Positions 22,429-29,686 of a DNA stretch of 32,000 bases are shown here, in pieces. Made by a program: the position numbers and the translations under genes. The number at the start of each line of letters is the position of its first letter. Positions within the stretch are counted from its first letter, which is position 1. Origin of the DNA: Dubosiella newyorkensis (GTDB taxonomy: Bacteria > Bacillota_I > Bacilli_A > Erysipelotrichales > Erysipelotrichaceae); assembly GCF_001945605.1 (NCBI RefSeq), contig NZ_MPKA01000065.1:1-32000 (forward strand), written 5' to 3'. Below the pieces are notes generated by a model. That model was not told where the DNA came from and did no database searches. It saw only the letters and a list, made by a program, of their open reading frames with translations.

Positions 22429-23429
22429 TGTCCAATCAGATCCTGGACAATCCATTTCCTTTTTCGAACACGAACAAACGGTACTATACGCTCAGTTATT
22501 ATTATAAAGAAAAGTATGGACAAAAAGTATGCAAGGTCCCTTTGGATGCGGGTTTTACGTGTCCGAATCGGGATGGCAAAACGGGGTTTGGCGGTTGCAC
22601 ATTTTGTTCTTCGCAAGGGTCTGGGGATTCGATCCTCGCTCGTCGTTCTTCTTTGGCCATTCAATTCGAGGAAGGCCTTGAGCGGATGCGAAGAAAATGG
22701 CCAAACGCTCTTGGTGTCGCTTATTTTCAAGCGTATTCGAACACGTATGCCGATCTTGAAACTTTAAAAGCGGTGTATGATCCATTTTTCGAGCGGGAGG
22801 ATGTTTTAGAGATCAGCATCGCGACGAGGGCGGATTGTTTGAACGATGAAATCGTTGAATATTTATCCGGAATGGCAAAAAGAAAGCCTGTTTGGATCGA
22901 GCTCGGTCTACAGTCGATTTTTGATGAAACGATGAAGCCGCTCAATCGGGGACACTCTTCCGCTCTTGTTTTTGAGTGGATCGAAAAACTAAAAAAGACG
23001 CCGATCCGCTCTTGTGTTCATTTGATCAATGGATTGCCTAATGAAACGCTCGAGATGATGAAAGAAAGTGTGAAAAAGGTTGGTGAAGTCCATCCTGACG
23101 CGATCAAGATCCATATGTTGCATGTTGTGAAAAACTCCATCATGGGAGAACAATATCTTGTTTCCCCCTTCCCGCTTTTGGAACGAGATGAATATGTTGA
23201 TTTAATCGTTTCTCAATTAGAAACGCTTCCGATGGATATGATTGTAGAGCGTTTGACGGGAGATGCGATCCAAAAAGAGCTCATCGAGCCGGAATGGACA
23301 TTAAAAAAGACCATCGTTCTCAATCAAATTGATCAACGAATGGTCGAAAGAAACACTTGGCAAGGCAAGCTTACGCAAACTGCTGGATCCACTGCTTCAA
23401 AGTCGAAAAATAAAGTTCTGGATCTTTAA
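22425..23429 (+). CDS. TIGR01212-family radical SAM protein
   Basis: 334 aa. KVPLDAGFTCPNRDGKTGFGGCTFCS (Cys-x-x-x-x-x...C-x-x-C cluster signature of this family). The ATGA start/stop overlaps aroF. Confidence 0.85.
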   Translation: MMSNQILDNPFPFSNTNKRYYTLSYYYKEKYGQKVCKVPLDAGFTCPNRDGKTGFGGCTFCSSQGSGDSILARRSSLAIQFEEGLERMRRKWPNALGVAYFQAYSNTYADLETLKAVYDPFFEREDVLEISIATRADCLNDEIVEYLSGMAKRKPVWIELGLQSIFDETMKPLNRGHSSALVFEWIEKLKKTPIRSCVHLINGLPNETLEMMKESVKKVGEVHPDAIKIHMLHVVKNSIMGEQYLVSPFPLLERDEYVDLIVSQLETLPMDMIVERLTGDAIQKELIEPEWTLKKTIVLNQIDQRMVERNTWQGKLTQTAGSTASKSKNKVLDL

Positions 23430-24294
23430 AGCGGGAGACTGCGTGTTCCCCATTTTCGATCAGGAGCAGCTGTTTTGGATAGTTCGCGTAATGATAAAGT
23501 TTGTAGACCATATTGGTCGGGACAAAATCGTCTTTGGTGCCATGAATGAATAAGGTCGGGATCCGGCTCTTATTGACCGCGTTGAGCGGATTGGCTTGTT
23601 TGAACTGAAATCCGCCTCTTATTTTTGTGATGAGATTGGCGACATGAACGATCGGAAAAGATGGCAGTTTTGTCATCTTTTTTAATTGGTACGCGAATTC
23701 GTCCCACGCGCTTGTATAGCCGCAGTCTTCGATAGCCGCTTTGATATTGCGAGGAATATCTTTGCCTAGAGTCATCATCACGGTCGCAGCGCCCATCGAA
23801 ACTCCATAAAGAACGATCGAGCAGTCCGGATCGCGTTTTACGATGTACTGGATCCAGTCGAGCAGATCATCGCTTTCATAATAGCCCATACTGATGGTGT
23901 CGCCTTCGCTTTTGTTGTGGGCTCTTTGCGAGATGGAAAGAACGTTGTAGCCTTCTTTGATAAAGAAGTTGCATACATCGACGAGTTCTCCATTTCTTCC
24001 CATGTAGCCATGCGAGAGAATGGCCCATTTTTTACTTCCTCGATCGACTTCGATCGCATGGAGGCGAAGTCCTTCTTTGTTTGTGATATAAATGTCTTTT
24101 GGATCATATTGACGAAATTCGTTCTCATAGCGCAGTCCTCGAGCATCCATTTTATAAAGCGGCCCGGTTATGAATTCTTTGTCGATCTTCATATGCAGAA
24201 CTAGGCTATAGAACACTTGGCCAATAAAAAACAAAATCAAGATCAAAGAGAAAATTACGATCAGTGCGATCAAAAACCCCCACATTTTCATCAC
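23371..24294 (-). CDS. Membrane-anchored alpha/beta hydrolase
   Basis: 307 aa. N-terminal TM helix (WGFLIALIVIFSLILILFFIG), GVSMGAAT nucleophile elbow, HGTKDDFVP and ENGEHA completing a Ser-Asp-His triad. Confidence 0.8.
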   Translation of the reverse strand: MMKMWGFLIALIVIFSLILILFFIGQVFYSLVLHMKIDKEFITGPLYKMDARGLRYENEFRQYDPKDIYITNKEGLRLHAIEVDRGSKKWAILSHGYMGRNGELVDVCNFFIKEGYNVLSISQRAHNKSEGDTISMGYYESDDLLDWIQYIVKRDPDCSIVLYGVSMGAATVMMTLGKDIPRNIKAAIEDCGYTSAWDEFAYQLKKMTKLPSFPIVHVANLITKIRGGFQFKQANPLNAVNKSRIPTLFIHGTKDDFVPTNMVYKLYHYANYPKQLLLIENGEHAVSRFKDPELYFSTLKQWIQQFA

Positions 24295-24410
24295 CTCTAG
24301 CTCTATTATACAACGCTTGATTAGTTTCTCGTCATATATAACACAAAACCTAGAAAAAGAGGTGATTGACGCAATAGAATACGTATCAAAGAATGTCGTT
24401 TTCTTATCGC

Positions 24411-25036
24411 TTAAGCGTTTATTTGCACGTCAACAACCTCGCCTTGTTCCATATGAATTATTTCATCATATAAATCGAGGTTTTCTTTAACTGGTTTATG
24501 ACAGATATGGATCAACGTGATTTTCGGATCCTCGAGAAAGAAACGCTCAATTTTTTTAGTGGTTTTTGAATCCAGAGCTGAAAAGGCTTCGTCCAAAAAG
24601 AGCCACGATTTCTTTTGATAGATTACACGTGCCAATTGGATCCTTTGCATTTCTCCTCCGCTCAGCGTCTCATTGTCTTGTCGAATCAAATGGTGCGGAT
24701 CCAAGTGCTCCAAATTCACTTGGAAAAGGGCGCTGTCGATTTTTTGAGAGGATAGATTTTGATTTAAAGCGATATTTTTTTCGATCGTCCAAGGAAAAAG
24801 GGATCCTTTTTGAGCGACAAAGCTAGCATCTAAAAAAATTCGGCGTGAGTTAGCCCATTGATCGTGACGGCGTTTGTGGAATATAAACCTTTAATCGTTT
24901 TGCGCAACTAAACTTTTGCCTCGGCTACAACATTGGAAAGATCTAGAAGTGGATATTTTTGTCTATCTGATGTTGATCGATCATTATGAAAATGTGCAAG
25001 ATTGGCAATCTCTTTGTTTTTATCAAGCAGAAATGA
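24411..25036 (-). pseudogene. Remnant of an ABC-transporter ATP-binding domain
   Basis: Q-loop, signature and Walker B are readable (FVAQKGSLFPWTIEKNI, LSGGEMQRIQLARV, WLFLDEAFSALD). Further upstream the reading needs a frameshift at the A7 run (24832-24838) and crosses an in-frame TAG (24908-24910). No Walker A (GxxGxGKS/T) is present, no TMD, and no start codon. Confidence 0.75.
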
Positions 25037-25070
25037 TCAAGTTTTTAGGGTATTAAAAATATTGAGTCCA

Positions 25071-25724
25071 TCAACATAGATCTTGATCCCGGCTAATAAA
25101 AAAATTATCATTCATGAAATTCCACAACGCATCGTTCGACCTCATCTTTTTTCCTCCATACTGAGGATCTTGGCTGCGATAGCTTGAATCGATACAGTAA
25201 TATATGAGTGTATTACCCGAATCGTCATAATCTGCGTCATACAATACGAGTTCATGAACGGCATCTTGCTTATAGCCATAAGCAGGCGCCACATTGATTG
25301 AAACAAAAACAGGATCGCCATGCTTCAAATCGGTTTTTAGACGCTCTTCAAAATAGCTTTGGCATTCGGCTCTGCTTGATTCCGTGTCCAAAGAGACGCT
25401 CTATATCCTGAATCGGTATCGGTTTTAGGTGCTTTTTCGAAAATATAAATCGAAGCTTCTCGAGCTAGATCTTCGTATTCAGTTCCCGTGATTGATTTCT
25501 TGGATCTTTTCTGGAAAAGGAAGACGGATGGACGCTTTGTCTGAATTTGACTCGAGTTCTTTTGGATCTTGACCTTCGTTATTTTTAGGCTTTTCGTTCT
25601 TGATCGTTTCCATTTTTTCAGAAGCTTTCTCGTTGGTTTGGATTTCTTCCTTCTCGTTCTGAAAGCAAGCTGGTAGAAATAGAAGACAAGTCACGATCAA
25701 TATATACTTTTTCTTCATCATCAT
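25071..25724 (-). pseudogene. Probable disrupted lipoprotein gene
   Basis: The N-terminal ORF has a lipobox-like signal (MMMKKKYILIVTCLLFLPAC) and stops at 25479. ORF 25071-25391 is in the same frame, but three stops separate the two. A different frame is open across the gap, implying two compensating frameshifts. There is no convincing RBS. Confidence 0.4.
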
Positions 25725-25744
25725 TTTTATAAAGAAAAACACAA

Positions 25745-25768
25745 TAAAAAAAAGGCGTGTACCGCCTT
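25745..25768 (-). terminator. Terminator of tyrS
   Basis: A8-GGCG-tgtac-CGCC-TTTT abutting the tyrS stop codon (25769-25771). On the minus strand the hairpin is followed by T8. Confidence 0.6.
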
Positions 25769-27007
25769 TTACTCTTCAACAAGTTCGATACAATATGAAT
25801 TTTTCTTTCCGCGCCGAAGGATCAGCACATTTTCCACAAATAGATCTGCATTGTCAATGATCTGATTTGGATCGGTGACTTTGATCCCGTTGATCGCGAT
25901 CGAATTGCCTTTGATCCACTCTCTCGCTTCACGTTTACTTTTGGCGACTTTGGTTTCGATCATCAAGTCTTCTAATTTTTGGCCAGCCTTCGCCTGAATC
26001 TTTTCCATATCTTTGATCGCATCTTTGCGTTCTTCTTCATTGAGATCTTGCAAATTGCCTCTAAAGAGCGCGTTCGTGATCTTCAAAGCCGATTCGAGAC
26101 CTTTTTCACCATGCAAGTCTTTGACGACAGCTTCCGCCAACGCTCTTTGCGCTTCTCTTCGACCGGCATCTTCTTTTGTTTTACGTTCGAGTTCTTCGAT
26201 TTCCTCGACAGAAAGGAATGTGAGCTTCTTCAAATACTCGATGACTTTGCTATCTTCCGTATTGAACAAAAATTGATACAATGCGTAAGGAGACGTTTTA
26301 TTCCCGTCTAGCCATACTGTTCCTGTCTCGCTTTTTCCAAATTTTGTTCCATCCGCTTTCGTGATCAGAGGCATCGTCAACCCAAAACATTTGACATCGC
26401 TTCCCTCCACTTTACGGATCAATTCAAGGCCAGATGTAATATTGCCCCATTGGTCTTGTCCTCCGATCTGCATTCGGCAATTATAAGTTTGATAAAGATG
26501 CAGAAAATCGATCGACTGCAAGATCATATAGGAAAATTCCGTATAGCTGATTCCAGAATCGAGTCTTTTTTTGACCGTTTCTTTATTGATCATATAGTTG
26601 ACATTGAACAGCTTTCCATAATCGCGAAGAAAGTCGATCACTGATAGCTTTTTGATCCAATCTAAATTGTTGACCATTTGAAAGCCCCAAAGCGCCTGGA
26701 TCTGCTTATGGAGCGCGTTGTAGTTGGCTTCTAAAACTTCTGGCGTGAGCATGCTTCTTTCTCCGCTCGCTTTTGGATCGCCAATAAAGCCAGTCGCCCC
26801 GCCGACAAGCATGATCGGATGATGGCCATGCTTTTCTAAACGTTTTGCCATCAAAAGAGACGAATAATGACCGATATGCAAAGAATCTGCCGTTGGATCG
26901 GTGCCAATATAAAATGTGAGCGAATCGTTGTTGATCGCGTCTTCGAGTTCTGGACTTGTCGTATTATCGATCAGCCCTCTCCATTTTAGTTCTTCAAATA
27001 AATTCAT
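25769..27007 (-). CDS. tyrS: Tyrosine--tRNA ligase
   Basis: Start at ATG 27007 (GGGAGG RBS): MNLFEELKWRGL.... HIGH motif (SLHIGHYSS), KFGKS, and a C-terminal S4 domain. Confidence 0.95.
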   Translation of the reverse strand: MNLFEELKWRGLIDNTTSPELEDAINNDSLTFYIGTDPTADSLHIGHYSSLLMAKRLEKHGHHPIMLVGGATGFIGDPKASGERSMLTPEVLEANYNALHKQIQALWGFQMVNNLDWIKKLSVIDFLRDYGKLFNVNYMINKETVKKRLDSGISYTEFSYMILQSIDFLHLYQTYNCRMQIGGQDQWGNITSGLELIRKVEGSDVKCFGLTMPLITKADGTKFGKSETGTVWLDGNKTSPYALYQFLFNTEDSKVIEYLKKLTFLSVEEIEELERKTKEDAGRREAQRALAEAVVKDLHGEKGLESALKITNALFRGNLQDLNEEERKDAIKDMEKIQAKAGQKLEDLMIETKVAKSKREAREWIKGNSIAINGIKVTDPNQIIDNADLFVENVLILRRGKKNSYCIELVEE

Positions 27008-27226
27008 CTTTGTTTTCCTCCCAAAAAAAAAGACCGCTAAAAGGACGTCAGTCAACGCGGTACCACCTTTTTTTCCATAGATCGTTCCTATGGACCCTCA
27101 AACCTTTAACGCAGGCATACGTCGAATCGATGCTCCAAGGTGTATTCAACAGATGGTATCAAGGCTTTTCAGCACCCAGCCTCTCTCTAAAGACCCGTTT
27201 CTGTTTACTCTGTCTTTTCATAGCGT
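27008..27226 (-). promoter_or_regulatory. T-box riboswitch leader of tyrS (UAC specifier)
   Basis: The minus strand shows AGAGAG, a distal hairpin AGGCT-GGGTGCtgaaa-AGCCT, the specifier loop GAA-UAC-A (UAC at 27142-27144), the T-box GGTGGTACCGCG (27056-27067), and a T9 tract (27023-27031) before the RBS. Confidence 0.85.
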
Positions 27227-27232
27227 GTTCTC

Positions 27233-27261
27233 ATTATAACGAATATTTAGAACGGATACAA
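27233..27261 (-). promoter_or_regulatory. tyrS promoter
   Basis: Minus strand: TTGTAT (27256-27261), 17 nt, TATAAT (27233-27238). Confidence 0.55.
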
Positions 27262-27321
27262 CCTAGTTCCAAACTAAAACGTTTTAAGTAATATGCTATA
27301 CTAGTCTATGAGGTGATGGAG

Positions 27322-28251
27322 ATGGCAACGATCAAGGATGTGGCAAAAAAAGCAGGTGTGTCGATCAGCACAGTATCGATCGTCATCAACGGCAAAGACA
27401 AGGAACGTAAGATCTCCCAAAAAACTGTGCAAAACGTATGGAACGCGATCGAAGAACTCCACTACAAACCAAATAAAAACGCGCTCCGATTAAGAAGCGC
27501 GCCTCAATCAAAAACGATCGTTCTCTTTTATAATCAAGAAATGGATCTTACGGTCTTGACGGCGTTTATAAAAGGCGTTTCGAAGCAAAGCCTAGATATA
27601 GATCTGCAGATCGTTGGCTTAAATCCACAAGACTTATCCAAATCCTTGCTGCTTGGAAAGATACTAGAAGCCGATGGTTTGATTTGTATTGGCTTCGATC
27701 AAAAAATGATCGCACTTCTTGAATCTTTTCCGATCGAAGTGCCTCTTGTCCTATTCAATCGTCAATCCGACTCGTTTTCTAGCGTCTGCATCGATGAAGA
27801 AAGCGTCTTGGATTTGATTCACTCACATTTTTCGCTGAATAATAGAACAGCTTGCATTTATTCGAAAAAAGATCCTTTTTCAGGAGCGATCGCTGAAAAA
27901 ATGAAAACCAAGTATCATTGTTCTCTCTATCCTGCCGTCACTTTCGAGCCCAAAGAAGGCTATGACGCTTGTCTTCTAATTCCATTTTCAAAAGTTAGCC
28001 ATCTCGTCGTGACTTCTTTTGATTTATGTTGTGGCGTGCTGAAATACTGCTCTCAATATCAGATCCAAGAAATCGAACTGCTTGTTTTATGCGATGAAGA
28101 ACAAAGTCTTTTGTCCTATATTGCTCCCAATACTCGATCCATTCGGATCCCCTATTCTAAGATGGCGGTCGGATCGCTTGTTCTTGTTCAAAAGTTGATC
28201 GAAGGAGCCGTCAAAGAAGATTGGATCGCCGCCCCTCTTTTCCTAGATTAA
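27322..28251 (+). CDS. LacI-family transcriptional regulator
   Basis: MATIKDVAKKAGVSISTVSIVINGK...VQNVWNAIEELHYKPNKNALRLRS is the LacI HTH, followed by a periplasmic-binding-protein-like effector domain. ATG 27322 is preferred (GAGGTG 6 nt upstream). Confidence 0.85.
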   Translation: MATIKDVAKKAGVSISTVSIVINGKDKERKISQKTVQNVWNAIEELHYKPNKNALRLRSAPQSKTIVLFYNQEMDLTVLTAFIKGVSKQSLDIDLQIVGLNPQDLSKSLLLGKILEADGLICIGFDQKMIALLESFPIEVPLVLFNRQSDSFSSVCIDEESVLDLIHSHFSLNNRTACIYSKKDPFSGAIAEKMKTKYHCSLYPAVTFEPKEGYDACLLIPFSKVSHLVVTSFDLCCGVLKYCSQYQIQEIELLVLCDEEQSLLSYIAPNTRSIRIPYSKMAVGSLVLVQKLIEGAVKEDWIAAPLFLD

Positions 28252-28284
28252 AAGCGTAAGTCAAAATCGACCTACGCTTTTCTT
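28252..28284. terminator. Bidirectional terminator between the LacI-family gene and the patatin gene
   Basis: AAGCGTA...GTC-aaaatc-GAC...TACGCTT followed by TTTCTTTT. It lies between the convergent stops at 28251 and 28285. Confidence 0.5.
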
Positions 28285-29574
28285 TTAGAGATCTAAAATC
28301 GTTCGAAAATGCGAAATCATCCTCCACACGTTCGCGATCAAATACATCGGATAAAACTTCTGCTTGATTCCCTCAAATTCTGGAGGCAATTTGCCATGAA
28401 ACGAAATCAAAGCCGAATGGAAAAAAACAATAAAATCTTGAACTCCTTTGATATCCATCTGATCATAAATTTGCGGATACGGCTGTTTGTTTGGATCTTC
28501 ATTGAAATGCTCCAAATGCATCAAAATCAAACGAATAAAGTCTTTAAAGTGGTATTGACGATCTAGAGGGATCTGACAAATCAAACCTATGATCTCCAGC
28601 AATCGTCCGATGATATACTGTTCCGAATAGGCATTCTTCATCGGACATGGCACATAATGAAAGAAAAACTTATAGACATCTTCCAACATAGAATCCATCT
28701 TCGTCAATAAGCCAATTTGTCCATCGTGAACAAGATAGCTCAAGCACGCTTTTTCAAGTCGAAGCATGTATTTCCAGTCTTCATCATAAAAGGTATATAA
28801 ATAGCCTGGCGCCTTGTTCAAATACTTCAATGTTTCTAAATATCCTTCCCGCATTTGCGGTGTCAAGTCTTTCCCTTCAAAATCGAGAACGGAATGCAGC
28901 TTAAGCAATGGCCGAATGAGACAATGTTCGCTAGTGATCATCGGATCAGGATCATCGGGTTCCAACAAGCTAACAACCACAAGATCTTTCGCGCCTAGAT
29001 CGACACACAACTTCACCGGCAATGTTTGCTCATACCCCCCATCGGCATAATATTCCCCATCGATCTTTACGAATTGATATGCTGGAAAATACGCCGTGCT
29101 ACTAAATAAAAGATCGATCACATTGTTGGCGTTCATTTGCTCTTTCGTGAAAGCGACAAGTTTGTTTTGATTCAAATTGTAAGAAAGCGTGCCAAATTCA
29201 ATCGGCGAATTTTTGAATTTGTCATATTGAAAGATCGCTTTATATTGATTTTGCAGACCCGTGATATTCGGACCGTCTTTTAAAAACATCTCCATGAATT
29301 GATCAAACCCATTCGCGTGAAGCGGCTTTGTCCTGTATTGGTTTGGATAGACAAATAAATTGTTGGAGAGCTTTTCTTGCTGGAAGCTTTGGATCCATCC
29401 TTCCAAAACTTCGACGTCATCTTGCACATAGATCGCGCCAATGAGCGCGCCAATACTAACGCCCGTCACAACATCGAATGAATAGCCAAGCTCCTTCAAA
29501 GCCAAGCAGACACCGACTTCATAACTGCCACGAGAACCTCCTCCGCCTAAAACGAGTCCCCTTTTGTTTTCCAT
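28285..29574 (-). CDS. Patatin-like phospholipase with a ~200-aa C-terminal extension
   Basis: Start at ATG 29574 (GAGGTG, 6 nt, ATG). Oxyanion motif GGGGSRG, nucleophile GVSIGA (GxSxG), and catalytic Asp in YADGGY. Confidence 0.85.
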   Translation of the reverse strand: MENKRGLVLGGGGSRGSYEVGVCLALKELGYSFDVVTGVSIGALIGAIYVQDDVEVLEGWIQSFQQEKLSNNLFVYPNQYRTKPLHANGFDQFMEMFLKDGPNITGLQNQYKAIFQYDKFKNSPIEFGTLSYNLNQNKLVAFTKEQMNANNVIDLLFSSTAYFPAYQFVKIDGEYYADGGYEQTLPVKLCVDLGAKDLVVVSLLEPDDPDPMITSEHCLIRPLLKLHSVLDFEGKDLTPQMREGYLETLKYLNKAPGYLYTFYDEDWKYMLRLEKACLSYLVHDGQIGLLTKMDSMLEDVYKFFFHYVPCPMKNAYSEQYIIGRLLEIIGLICQIPLDRQYHFKDFIRLILMHLEHFNEDPNKQPYPQIYDQMDIKGVQDFIVFFHSALISFHGKLPPEFEGIKQKFYPMYLIANVWRMISHFRTILDL

Positions 29575-29656
29575 ATTTAACACCTCGCTTGATACAACTA
29601 TTATACGAGGTTGCAAAACAACAAGGTCATCATACGCTTGAGAAAAAAACCACAAC

Positions 29657-29681
29657 AAAAGAGAAGGAATCCTTCTCTTTT
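29657..29681 (-). terminator. Terminator of the surface-protein gene
   Basis: AAAA-GAGAAGG-aat-CCTTCTC-TTTT, 6 nt downstream of the stop at 29687. Confidence 0.65.
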
Positions 29682-29686
29682 ATGCT

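Noticed and set aside
24940-25053. Plus-strand open frame ending ...VYLMLIDHYENVQDWQSLCFYQAEMIKFLGY*, considered as the C-terminal remnant of a regulator.
   Set aside because: It has no start codon or RBS. The opposite strand of the same interval reads as the N-terminal part of the ABC nucleotide-binding domain remnant, which explains the region better.
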